Positions 1-10,945 of a stretch of DNA of 64,000 nt are shown one piece after another. Both the position numbers and the translations under genes were made by a program. The DNA comes from Oopsacas minuta. Its lineage: Eukaryota; Animalia; Porifera. The first letter of the stretch is position 1; the number at the start of each line of letters is the position of its first letter. The notes beneath the pieces are model-generated. The model was not told the DNA's origin and did not search any database. It was given only the letters and a program-made list of their open reading frames with translations. The DNA lies in the NCBI GenBank assembly GCA_024704765.1, contig JAKMXF010000343.1:620001-684000 (forward strand), given 5' to 3'.

Positions 1-54
1 TTCTGATTAATGAGGGTCTACTGTATTCTATTTTACAATTATTTATTTATTTAG

Positions 55-686
55 AATCTACACAAAGTATCATTAATTTAAGAGCAGAATCTTCCGGGGA
101 AAGTTCAGTACTCGTATTTTGGGAGTTATCAGAATCTAATGCTAGTTATACTGATGTAATATTCTCAATATATTTGGGATTAGAAGATTATGAATTTCTC
201 GTTGGTACAACACTATTTCACCATTACGAAATAACTAATCTACAAGGAAATGTAAATTACACAATTCGAGTAGAATTTCAGATCCCATTCTCAACAGAAA
301 ATGTTTCAGCAACTACTTATCACTTCCGCGAACCAATCGCAACTCCAACTAATAACATCACTCAATCTACAGACAGCAATGTAATAATTCCTACGACTAA
401 TCCAGTCTTTTACGTCATAGTGGTGGGGGTAGTCATTATTATAATTCTACTGCTGCTGATTTTAGTGATTGCAGTAGTTGTTTGCTTTTTTATGAAGAGG
501 AACTCTTTGAAAAAATCAGTGAAGTCTCAGACTAATCCTCAGCTTTTTGATCTTCCAGCACGCGGGAATGAAACTTATAACCAAGATGTGAACATAAATC
601 TTGCATATTCGCCTGAGAAAAAAGTTGACCTTTCAATAGAAAAACCTCCTTTGGAAGCTTCTTCTCCTAACGACTACTCTACCTGA
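55..686 (+). CDS. Terminal coding exon of a single-pass membrane protein (fibronectin type-III domain, S/T-rich stalk, TM helix, short Tyr-containing tail); the gene starts left of the window
   Basis: T-rich tract and TAG acceptor at 52-54, phase 1. The frame is open upstream of the listed TTG at 174: ESTQSIINLRAESSGESSVLVFWELS...YEITNLQGNVNYTIRV (FN3 W...L..Y.I.V pattern). A hydrophobic run FYVIVVGVVIIIILLLLILVIAVVVCFFM is followed by KR; stop TGA at 684-686. Confidence 0.8.
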
Positions 687-2418
687 GAATATTTATCGTA
701 ATTATTGTGTGAAAATACTTTACGAACTAAACATAAGTATACTATTCTTAGATTATAGTGTGTGCATTAGATTTCACTGAGATAGATAGATGCAGATATT
801 AGATTTTCTTAGTGTATTAGATTTGTGAAGATTATCTTGATTTTTCTTGTTTGAGTTATGTATCTTGTTATTTGATTAAATTCGTTCCCCCTTCGTAGTC
901 ATTTTAATTAATTCAATAACTTCCCTGGTCCAGGCACCATTTCCACATAATTTGAAATTGATTGGACAATTGTCATCTAATATATATCCCTTAATAATAG
1001 AGTTGTCTTGAGTTGTAATTTATGTCAAAACACGTAAAACATAGATTTGATAATTCAAATGCTCGATATTTTAGGCAAAATACACATTGTGGATTTCCCA
1101 TGTAGTTATTGATATTTCTGAATCGGAGTACACTCTTTGATATATTTGATATTCATAATCCTGAATACAATAAACATATTTTGAAAAGTGAAATACATCG
1201 AATATTTAATCAATAAAGATTTCGGTATAGCTATATCTAGGTGTCTAGAGTAACTGAGGGACTTGTTTTCGCGAATTTGGGGTTAAATTCCGCAAATTTT
1301 TGATGGCTTAGCTGGTAAGCCCCTCTTAGCCAGGGACTTCGCCGTTGGGGGCACAGGGAGCAATGTCCCCCACCTCCATGGTAAAATCCTTGGTCCTGGA
1401 ACAATGCCCCCTGGCAACTCGTATCCGGTTCAGGCCCAATCCTCCAAGCAGGATAATCACACCTGACATAGAATGATCGTAAAATTGTACTATTTGAGTA
1501 TTATAATATAGATATATTTAGACATAAGTATATGGCATATTTGTTATTGAATTATTTTGTAAGATCAACTCCCTGTGTTGCCGTTTAGAGCAAGTCTGTA
1601 TGTATATTTTGGCATTGGTAAATTTGTTTATTTGTGTTTTGTATTACTGAGTATCCTTAGAGGAGTCACTCTCTAAGCCGGGATGCCAACCTCTCTAAAC
1701 CATAAAGCGGGAGGCCTTTACCATTTTTGCGGGAGGTTGACCAAAAACGCGGGAGTCTCAAAATATGTGCTATTATATTATTCTATTCATTTATAATAGA
1801 ACTATAAAATACTGTTATTTTTTTCTGTTTGGATATCTACGATTATGATACTCCTCTTCATATAGTTTACCTATTAAATTTCTCCCTCATACTCTCATGG
1901 TATACGAGTGTAAGTTAGCAGCGAGCTAACAGCCAGAATCGAGCACAATTTGAATCGTTATAATTCTGTTACCATAGGGTGTAGAGAGGTCCCATATGAT
2001 GAACTAAAGGTGGATTGTTGTATTTTGCATTTTCTACAAATTTGTTTTTATTAATATTTATTCTGATTCAAGATATTGTTCGTAGTGTAAAACCATACTT
2101 TTTGCTGTATTATTTTACTTGATTGCAATATCAGTTTTCTGAAAATTGCGCCATCTGTGTTAAAGTTTCTGATGAATTGATAATGATGATAATCATTTCT
2201 ACCATACTATATATCTAGTATTTGGGCGATTTTCTATATTATTATCTTTTTTTTGGACTTGATTCAGCGGATTTTAAATTACTTCGCTCGTTTAAAGGTT
2301 ATATTCCTGCCATCATACACTTATCTATTCGTTGCATATATTTCAGTATAATATCTAACTTTTTCGCCTCAGAGTGCAATCACTAATGATTTACATATTT
2401 ATGCATGTCATACAGCAA

Positions 2419-2490
2419 CAAGGCCGTAGACAGCTTTCAAACCTGAGGGAGGCTTTAGCCCCCAAGTCCACAACTTTGTCTACGGCCTTG
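2419..2490. repeat. 72-bp hairpin with a 14-bp perfect inverted repeat (probable mini-MITE relic)
   Basis: CAAGGCCGTAGACA ... TGTCTACGGCCTTG; no TSD recognised. Confidence 0.55.
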
Positions 2491-2867
2491 AACTATATAA
2501 TACTAAATACTATGAATTAATGTTTATCCTAGCATTTGGGATCTCTGGACGTATAGAAATTATGCTAATTCACGAACTAGGACGTAGAGCTGATTAATTA
2601 GTGGAGGCCGCACTCTATTCAAGTTAAAACTTTTGATAGAAAACCTTGGCGATAACAGCCCAAGGAACAGAAATAGATATTCGCCTCCCCCTTCCCCTTG
2701 AAATTCCTATTCGGGGCTACCCTCATCTTACTACCTGGGTCGAAGTTGATGAATGAGAGCAAAAAATAGTTTGTTTCGGGCTGTTGTAGAATTTTATCTA
2801 AATTGAGGATAAATGCAATTATATAATTAAAGTTTAGTAATTAAACTTTGCAGATGAATGTACGTAT

Positions 2868-3512
2868 CAGAGATGGAACCGGCCGGTCATAATCTCTGAA
2901 TATGGTAAATCTGAATTTGATACTGTAATCATATTGACCAAAATAAGCGAACGCTATTTGAGTATTGGTGGTGCTACCCTGGACTCTAGGTGGAGTAATT
3001 TGGCCGGATCTACCGTTGAAAGTCTAGTTGTGCTAAAGGAAGCAGCGTTAAACGGACTCTGGCTGTAAAATTCTGTACATATTCTATATATTCAAAATTT
3101 CTTTATTAGTCTACATTTCAATATTTCTATCTTTTCTACATTTCTGTATTAAATAGGATTTATATGTATAATCATTCATTATATACTGCCTGGCCAAAAG
3201 TATTCGAACGCCAGGGCCACAATTAGCACATGGCACCAATATAAATGCCACATTAGTTATAGACAAATTATTGAAAATTATTTCATACATTTTTGAATAA
3301 ATATTAATTCATCAACCTTGAGCAAAAGAGATTTTCTACTTTCTGCTATATCCACAGAATATTCAACATATTCTCGGCGTGTGCCACTTGTGTCACAAGT
3401 GGCAGGGTATTCCATAACTTTTGGCCAGGCAGTGTATAGTCAAAGTTACCAGTCGACCGGTCGACCGGCCGGTCAGGTCGGGTCATGAAAAAGCTGACCG
3501 GTTCTATCTCTG
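2868..3512. mobile_element. Non-autonomous hAT-type element (MITE)
   Basis: TIRs CAGAGATGGAACCGG / CCGGTTCTATCTCTG; perfect 8-bp TSD GTACGTAT at 2860-2867 and 3513-3520; ACCGG-rich subterminal repeats. Confidence 0.85.
3184..3434. mobile_element. Tc1/mariner-type MITE nested in the hAT MITE
   Basis: TIR (T/C)ACTGCCTGGCCAAAAGT at both ends; TA TSD at 3182-3183 and 3435-3436. Confidence 0.85.
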
Positions 3513-3561
3513 GTACGTATCTCATTTGTAAAACAGACGATTGGCCAGGCGTTTCATAGGT

Positions 3562-4557
3562 TTACCAGGAGCATGCCCCAGTGGCGGATCTATACATTTT
3601 TTTAGGGTGTTGGACTGTGGCCCAATAAGTCATGGGATCTTCATCATAATCTGATGCAACTCCACCATTGATATACATATCGTACTCTTGCTGCAAGTCG
3701 AGCGTTACACCCCAATGTGCATTACAGGTTGGAAGTTGTTCCGCATAGAACCAAAGAACGATTTTTTTGGGTGGTTCTTCTGTTTCTGGCTCGGCAATGA
3801 ATTCTGAGATTGGAGACGTTGTTCCACCAACAGTGGAACAACGTCTCCGCACATATTGGATTTGCTCGTTCAGCTCTTTGTCGACTACAGCAGCCAGTAG
3901 AGGTAATTTAAGCCTCTCAGTTAACTTCTCCAAGAGTGTGGTATAGCTCTCATTAGGGCGCTCTAGCGCCTCAATATATTCAACAAAATAGTATATTCAT
4001 TAGAGAAGGTGATATATTCGGCAAATTAAATATTGGTATTTTGGTATTTGGTATAAACGATAAATACATGTATGTATTGGGATCAACCGATGAAGTTATA
4101 AATTCCTATACGAAGTGTGAGATAGTTATCTAATAAATAAAGGTAATTACCTGTTGAAATCCAAATAACACAATTTAGAAGCATCTAACGCATTAATTGA
4201 CATTATTATTTCAAGATTTACATTAGAAAAACGTTTGTCAAGTTCTCTAATGATCATTGGAATAGCATCTGCTGTAAAAGACTAGCAGAACTCATGCCCT
4301 CGAACTTGGCTGTGACACCTTCGATCGAATAGAGAATCTTCATAGTCAATTTATCTTCCGATCATAGCACACACTAATTTGGAATCTGTTGGAGGTGAAT
4401 TTGGATTTTGCAGTTGCCGGAATTTTAAGAGGAAAATCTTGGGTTCCGTCAACGGCAACCAAACATTTTTGTGTGTTGCTGGCACTGTAGCCACAGCCAA
4501 CATTTTAACTGAGGCATTCCATGTCAAATCATAATAATTCGAATTAAATAAATACAT
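3562..4557 (-). pseudogene. Fragmented hAT transposase relic
   Basis: ORF 4351-4557 contains DLTWNASVKML (resembles hAT TRWNS..ML). ORF 3562-3933 contains LQQEYDMYING...DEDPMTYW (resembles the E..Y...DP..WW of the hAT C-terminal dimerisation domain). Stops and frameshifts lie between them. Confidence 0.55.
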
Positions 4558-4590
4558 CTAAAAGTCGATTTCTTTACCTTAGCTGCTAGA

Positions 4591-5022
4591 TAAGGCATGG
4601 GCCGATCGTGAAAAACATGATCGAGATCCCAATCAAGATCCTAATTTCAAAAACGATCGCGATCTTTTGTTCATTTTTCCGATCGTTTGTGTAATATTCA
4701 GGACACATATTTTGATAAATTGTTACATCATTTCTTATGCTAAAAGAATCATAGGTATACTATAGTCATGCCGGGTTGCCTATTAAGAACTCCAAGGGGG
4801 CTAATTAATAAAGCTAAACCTTACACAATAAAACAAGACTCATAATGTTTTCGCAAAGAATCTATCCTCAAATCGAACTGTAATTTATTTATATCTATGG
4901 TTGCATATTAAACGGAACTGGAGAATCAAAGCAATTTTGTGCAAAAAGGATCGTGATCTTACATCCAATCCTTAAAAATATTGATCGCCGATCGTCGCCT
5001 GATCTTAAGATCCAATGCCCTA
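4591..5022. mobile_element. hAT-type MITE with GATC/CGATC subterminal repeats
   Basis: Imperfect TIRs TAAGGCATGG / CCAATGCCCTA; 8-bp TSD CTGCTAGA (4583-4590) vs TTGCTAGA (5023-5030), 7/8 identical. Confidence 0.75.
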
Positions 5023-5158
5023 TTGCTAGACTAGCAGTTTCGACACCCTCGGCTATTCGAACATCAGGGGAACTCTTTGAAATTCCGCCCAAGATAATTC
5101 AATATTGAAACAAATAGATACAATTTATACTAATAGAATAAGATATACAATAACCTGT

Positions 5159-7255
5159 TCATTTCTTCTTCAATACAATACATACCCTAGATGGAACATA
5201 CAATTTAATAATATAATCACCATAATGCCAATCCTCCCTATTCTCTGTACCCACATACTCTATATCACAGTCTACACGGCCTTTACCATCATAACGAGCA
5301 TCATCTGAGCACAGAATTATATTATAACCTCCAGCTACTGTTACACCAACAGGATAATCAGTATAAGACTTTTCTATGTGAAAATTAAACACGAAGATTA
5401 GTCCAGCTCTCTCAAACACGATAAGTTTATCAGACTCATGTTTAAGAGATACAAAAGCTGCTCCAGAAGATAGGAAACTAGTTTCTTCTTCAAGTTTATG
5501 CATATCCTGTTCGAATCTGTATAGATATTTATATCTCAACATTTTATCTGATATCAAATGTATCTGTCTACGAGCATAATGATAGCTTTCACCATTTCCT
5601 TCTCTAGGGAAGTCTAGCCATTCAGGATGTCCGAATTCATTTCCCATAAAGGTAAGATAGCCTTCTCCTCCTAGTCCCATCGTCAGTAGTCTTAGCATCA
5701 TGTGTAAACACATACCACGTGATATTACTAGAGTCTTAGGAGACAGCACTGACATATGTTGATACATTTCAGCATCCATCAACCAGAAGGCTAGTGTTTT
5801 ATCACCGACTAAAGCCTGGTCGTGACTCTCTGTGTAAGCAATAGTCTGCTCCTTGAAACGTCTATTCTCATGTGTGTGCACAATCAGACCGATATTCCAT
5901 TCTTGGTCAGGAATTTCTTTCAGCAGTTTAATCCATAAATCAGGTATAGCCATAGCCAGTCTATAATCGAACCCATAACCTCCCTCGCTGACAGGGCGAC
6001 ACAGTGTAGGCATACCTGACACATCCTCAGCTACAGTGATAGCATTAGGATATAGAGAGTGTATCAGATGGTTAGCTAGCATGATATATACACCAGCTTC
6101 TAAGTCAGTATGGTGTCCAAAATATTCATCATAACTACCTGAGAATGTCCAGCAGTTACCATGGTGATGATACAGCATAGAAGTTATGCCGTCGAATCGA
6201 AACCCATCGAAATGATATTCATCTAAGAACCAACGTAAGTTAGACAACAACAGTCTCAATACTTCTATCTCATTGTAATTGAATAGTTTAGTGTCCCAGT
6301 GTTCATGCTCACCACGTCCGTTTTCATGGAAATAACATCCTGTAGTTCCGTTAAACATATTCAAACCATCTTCAATATTCTTACTGGAATGAGAATGTAT
6401 TATGTCAAGCAGCACTGTAATCTTCATGCCATGAGCTGTATCTATTAACAGCTTCAATTCCTCAGGCGTGCCATACCTACTGCTGGTAGCAAACAGGTTC
6501 GTAACTTGATAGCCAAAACTAGCATAGTAAGCATGTTCCTGTATAGCCATTAGTTGTATACAGTTATAGCCTGTATCTCTTATGTAGGGGAGGATATTCT
6601 GTGTGAAGTGAGTATAGGAACTGATCTTGCCTTCCCATGAGGAGATACCTACGTGTGACTCATAAACCCGAAGTGATTTGGGGATAGGAGGACTTGGATG
6701 CTGCCATTTGTGAGAGAGATCAGGTGCCCAGTGTAGGCTTTCAAATATAGTGACGTCATTCTGTACTAGATACTTAGCCCATGGAGATACACGATATATC
6801 CAACTGCCATCTGATAGCTGTATAGCTAGCTTGTATCTATCTTTGTGTTTTATAGGCATATCTCCATCCTTATTGAGTTGTATTGATAAGCTCCAGGTAC
6901 CGTAAGCATCACAAGACAGAGGATGTGAGCATTTGTCCCATTTGTTAAAATCTCCCACCAAACTAACTCCACATACAAACGGTACCCATTCTCTACAGGT
7001 TATTGTGTTTGTTTTGTTGTCTGATATTAACCCAAACTGCTTGTAGCTAGATGAGAATTTGTTCAGACCTCCGTCAAAGTCTTGTTCTATCCTGTTGAGC
7101 TGAGATTTGTAGAGAGAATATCTGTAACAGATTTGATGCTTGTAGGGCTTGAGGAGGTTATCAATTGAGATGGAGTTGTGGAGATCAGGAGGTGGATCGA
7201 AAGGAATCTCATCATTACCATCTAGAGTCTTGTAGTTAGGAGATAATTCTACCAT
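5159..7255 (-). CDS. GBE1: 1,4-alpha-glucan (glycogen) branching enzyme, GH13; intronless, 698 aa
   Basis: Uninterrupted ORF with CBM48-like N-terminus (CREWVP...LVGDFNKW) and GH13 motifs YESHVG, YASFGYQVT, LLDIIHSH, FDGFRFDGITSM (nucleophile D), TVAEDVSG (acid/base E), YTESHDQALVGD, FMGNEFGHPEWLDFPR. The first ATG is at 7255; the listed TTG extension to 7315 lies inside a MITE. Confidence 0.97.
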   Translation of the reverse strand: MVELSPNYKTLDGNDEIPFDPPPDLHNSISIDNLLKPYKHQICYRYSLYKSQLNRIEQDFDGGLNKFSSSYKQFGLISDNKTNTITCREWVPFVCGVSLVGDFNKWDKCSHPLSCDAYGTWSLSIQLNKDGDMPIKHKDRYKLAIQLSDGSWIYRVSPWAKYLVQNDVTIFESLHWAPDLSHKWQHPSPPIPKSLRVYESHVGISSWEGKISSYTHFTQNILPYIRDTGYNCIQLMAIQEHAYYASFGYQVTNLFATSSRYGTPEELKLLIDTAHGMKITVLLDIIHSHSSKNIEDGLNMFNGTTGCYFHENGRGEHEHWDTKLFNYNEIEVLRLLLSNLRWFLDEYHFDGFRFDGITSMLYHHHGNCWTFSGSYDEYFGHHTDLEAGVYIMLANHLIHSLYPNAITVAEDVSGMPTLCRPVSEGGYGFDYRLAMAIPDLWIKLLKEIPDQEWNIGLIVHTHENRRFKEQTIAYTESHDQALVGDKTLAFWLMDAEMYQHMSVLSPKTLVISRGMCLHMMLRLLTMGLGGEGYLTFMGNEFGHPEWLDFPREGNGESYHYARRQIHLISDKMLRYKYLYRFEQDMHKLEEETSFLSSGAAFVSLKHESDKLIVFERAGLIFVFNFHIEKSYTDYPVGVTVAGGYNIILCSDDARYDGKGRVDCDIEYVGTENREDWHYGDYIIKLYVPSRVCIVLKKK

Positions 7256-7268
7256 TCTATAGGAAATA

Positions 7269-7400
7269 CAGTAGAACCTGCTTAACGGCCACCTAATTAG
7301 AGACCCATGGAACAATTTTCAATAGAAATCGACCTTTATATAGCGGCCACCTGAACATAACGGCCACTTTTGGCCAGTCCTTCGGTGGCCGTTATAGACA
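7269..7400. mobile_element. Truncated pogo/Tc1-type MITE immediately upstream of the GBE1 start
   Basis: TA|CAGTAGAACCTGCTTAACGGCCACC terminus with internal direct and inverted GGCCAC repeats; same terminal type as the intact MITE at 54417-54569. Confidence 0.55.
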
Positions 7401-8121
7401 ATGTATAAATATCCAGAAGGGGTATACACCCCTATCCCCCTACGGGATCCGCCACTGGTGGGGCACCTAAGCCATGGCTGAGTTGGCTTATAGGATAATG
7501 CGGGCTTGTGTATTATGAGATCAATTTCATAAGGCTGTAGAGAAGGTGGGAGGGGGTTAAACCACATTCCCAGTTTTTACACTATCTTTTGGGTAATTTA
7601 CATTTTAATAACATGAAAGGAGGGTATACAATAGGTGTTAAAAATGTAAATAATTCAAAGACATGGAATGTACGCTATTGAAATATATAATTCGTTAATA
7701 GGAGGTAACATATTGCGGAAACACTAGTATCAACTACAGATCGATAGGATTTATAGTTTTTGAATTATGGCTTCAATATGGCAAAATGCATTCCCGAATG
7801 TGATCACCTATATGTATACCTTGATACTACATTTATATTTGTTGATAACACATTCCTAAGGCTTATCACACGTATTTTTCAGTTTATCAGCCCGACTCTT
7901 CAAAAACTGGACTCTTATTTTCTACCATGATTCGGCAGCATATATAGCCGTATTATAGTGGGCAATGTTTCAATTTATTCAAATTTGAACAAACTTTGAA
8001 TATCCTACAATTCTAGAACGTTATATCAATGAATATATCAGTATACATCGTAATCACTATCAAAGATTCATAAAATAGTTACCAAAAATATAAAGAATAT
8101 TAATACTTGCCTTGATAGAAA

Positions 8122-9384
8122 CTAGTATGCTTGCAGCAAATACTTCTTTTTACAACTACACACAATATAGTTACCGTCTCTATCCAGCACAATCCCTCTA
8201 GGATAGGACATCCTATCTCTTTCCTGACCTTCTTGTCCTAGACTTCCGATCTTTTTACCTTTCTTATTGAACACAAGTACTATTTTATCTACATTTGTAC
8301 TCACCATAATATTCCAGGATTTATCAATGCAGAAATATGCATCAGATATGAGTGAACAGTTTTCTAAAGCAATACACCGTAACATTTCTGCTGACAGATC
8401 GAATACTTGTATAGCATAATCACAATTAGAAATTAGTAATACGATCTCTCCATCAACAGCTTTCATATCCTGAATAGCAGAACAAAAAAATCCTTTCTTG
8501 ATGTAGGAAGCATTAATCTCAACTTTTCTGGTCACATCTAGATTTATTGTTAGTATGTTAATTTGCGTGGCATATCCACCAGTGTAAACTTTATCATCCC
8601 AAATAGCTATACCATGAATCAGGAATGACATTTCACGTGAATTGATTAGTACTCCTGTTCTTTTGTTTAGCTTGTATATGATAGTTGGGGAAAATGAGTT
8701 TTTGTAACAGAATATATATTCTTCGTGTACTAGCATTCTCCCGAAAGAAGATGGATTTCTCCCAATAGATACAGTCCTGACTGGTTCTCCTACTCGGTTG
8801 AAAATCTGAATTTTCCTGCTAGAACCATCTCCCACATAAATATCACCAGATTCAGGATCAACTGCAATGGATTTAGCTTCTACAACTTCATCTTCTCCTT
8901 TCCCGCAATTTAGTGACGCTGTCCATAACGGTACATTGTTAGACTCTAGTTCAAACGGAGATTCTTCATAAACAATTAAGTCATATACAGGCTCTATCTT
9001 TTCATTGAGCGCTGTGAAACTTTTACTCCATTTCACTCTGAATTTAGGTAGATTGAAATTCAGCTTATTGATTTCATCAGTAAGTGAATTCAACATAGAA
9101 TCTCTCACCTGATTCCCAGATAGATTACAGTCGATTTCTTTCTCAACCTTCTCAAGTTGAGACAGGAGCTTTCGATTCTTCTCCACTCTTTCCTTAACTT
9201 TAACAACCTCATCGTCAATCTGCGATAACAAAATTTGTCTTCGTGCATTCGCCACTTCTATTAGTCTGTCTGTTTTTAGATTTATTTCAGTCTTCGTATT
9301 TTCAGCACTTTTCAAGAACTTCTCTAATGATTCAGTTACTAAAGACTTTGCTTCTAACACCTTGTTCGTCTCTAATTGTGCCAT
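8122..9384 (-). CDS. Coiled-coil + NHL-repeat (beta-propeller) protein, TRIM-like but without RING/B-box; intronless, 420 aa
   Basis: N-terminal ~115 aa heptad-rich (E/K/L). C-terminal NHL-like blades: SIAVDPESGDIYVGDGSSRKIQIFN, IAIWDDKVY, FCIDKSWNIMVS...VFNKKG, GQEGQ...YPRGIVLDRDGNYIV. ATG at 9384. Confidence 0.88.
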   Translation of the reverse strand: MAQLETNKVLEAKSLVTESLEKFLKSAENTKTEINLKTDRLIEVANARRQILLSQIDDEVVKVKERVEKNRKLLSQLEKVEKEIDCNLSGNQVRDSMLNSLTDEINKLNFNLPKFRVKWSKSFTALNEKIEPVYDLIVYEESPFELESNNVPLWTASLNCGKGEDEVVEAKSIAVDPESGDIYVGDGSSRKIQIFNRVGEPVRTVSIGRNPSSFGRMLVHEEYIFCYKNSFSPTIIYKLNKRTGVLINSREMSFLIHGIAIWDDKVYTGGYATQINILTINLDVTRKVEINASYIKKGFFCSAIQDMKAVDGEIVLLISNCDYAIQVFDLSAEMLRCIALENCSLISDAYFCIDKSWNIMVSTNVDKIVLVFNKKGKKIGSLGQEGQERDRMSYPRGIVLDRDGNYIVCSCKKKYLLQAY

Positions 9385-10180
9385 TTCCTATTAAACATTC
9401 ACAAATTATATTCCAATTATACTACTTTGTTACCGTCATCGGGCGCTACAGATGATTTTGGGGGAAAAAGTGAAATCACCGTCTGTGCCGACATAATTTC
9501 CCTTAGGTCACCTTTGTCAGGGTACTTTATTACCCTTATATGTCTTTTGAGATTTTGGTCTCACCAATATTTTGAGATATCAAGTATCTTTACTTTTAAT
9601 AGATAAAATTAACAAAAATTACATCTGAGAAAATTGAAAAGCGAATTCGGATTCAGCTTAATCTTACAAAATAATTCAATAATATAAATGCCATATACGT
9701 TTAATTGTGAATTACATTGTTCTAAATATATCTATATTATAATACTCAAAGGGGCTATCAGAATAATGGATACCTCGAGGCGCAATACGACGAGCCAAAG
9801 CCTCGTTATAGAGGAAAAAGTAATTTTTGAGATATTGTGATGAGACCTGTTCAAGTGACCAGCAGCCACATATCGATTACAGTAAGTCGAATCTAAACTT
9901 TGACAGAGTAGAATAAATTTTATCTTAGCTAGAAACAACAAATATACAATTTTGTAAAAGTACATTTGGCTTTAATAAATTTTAATTCCAATTTTGTCCC
10001 TAAATGTCCATCATGTTTGGAAAAATATGGCCCCATAGAAATCGGATATCAGAACATGTATATTCGTTAGTGGAATTCAATGCGAAGATTCTCAAAAAGT
10101 CGAAAGAATTTCGTTTACATAATAGTAATACAAATAATGTTTCCATACACCATGGATAATAATCGGAATGATTACCTATA

Positions 10181-10945
10181 CAGTCGAGTCTCCCAAAACG
10201 GACACTCCGAGAAGCGGACAACCCCCTATAACGGACAAACCTCGTGGCACGGATTGAATTTACCAAGCGTGTAATACTTAAGCATTCTCCGAGGAGCGGA
10301 CAACTCCGAATTTCGGACAACGGACAGGGAACTGGCCCCGAACGGCGTGTCTTACTGCAAAATTATCTCCCAAGAACGGACAACCAGAAACTGCAACCGA
10401 TAATTTTCATAGATATCACAAAAATTTACATTATAATATGAGTGCTATACAAGTCTCATGTCTTTCAAGTCTTTCAACAATTCTTTCATCTTGTCAATGC
10501 AAACTTTGGGTCCATAAAGGCGGTACGCACATGGGATTTCTAGTCTGTAACCTGCTCCTGTTTTCTTTCTCTCCCGTAACCTTAGCAAATCCTTCATTTA
10601 CTTCTCTTCTCAAAAAATTGTGAAAGTCGAGGATGTTTTGAAGTAGGTATGGGCATTGGCACCGCAATAGGTACTGTAGCTAGTCTGCAAGTGTCAACCA
10701 GTAGACAAATTTATCTTCCTGACTCTTCAGTCATCACTCAATATTATATTCATTCTTATCACAGTATAATAAAACTTGTGACTTCTCCCGTAACTATTCA
10801 GGTTTAATATATGTAAAACTGCATTCAAAATGATACATATTAGGTGTTTTGATAAAAAGATGGACCAGTCTCCGAGAAGCGAACAATTCTCTACAACGGA
10901 CAGAAGCCATGTCACCAACGTGCTCGTTATTCGGAGACTCCACTT
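10181..10945. mobile_element. TA-flanked pogo/Tigger-like TIR element carrying a coding relic
   Basis: TIRs CAGTCGAGTCTCCCAAAACGGACAC / rc AAGTGGAGTCTCCGAATAACGAGCAC; TA at 10179-10180 and 10946-10947; subterminal TCCGAGAAGCGGACAA repeats. Confidence 0.75.
10445..10670 (-). pseudogene. Frameshifted HIRAN-like domain relic inside the TIR element
   Basis: Joining across two frameshifts gives PRLSQF/LRREVNEGFAKVTGEKENR/GAGYRLEIPCAYRLYGPKVCIDKMKELLKDLKDMRLV*. This resembles the V.G...NRGAGYGLEIPC.Y motif of invertebrate HIRAN-like ORFs (recalled, not searched). Confidence 0.5.

Noticed and set aside
5159-7255. Bacterial origin (HGT or contamination) for the intronless GBE1
   Set aside because: The sequence has eukaryote-type motifs (FDGFRFDGITSM, YASFGYQVT, FMGNEFGHPEWLDFPR), no Shine-Dalgarno context, and sits among eukaryotic MITEs and spliced genes.
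7256-7315. 20-aa N-terminal extension of GBE1 from a TTG start
   Set aside because: It runs into a MITE; ATG 7255 gives a 698-aa protein of normal length and is preceded by a splice acceptor.
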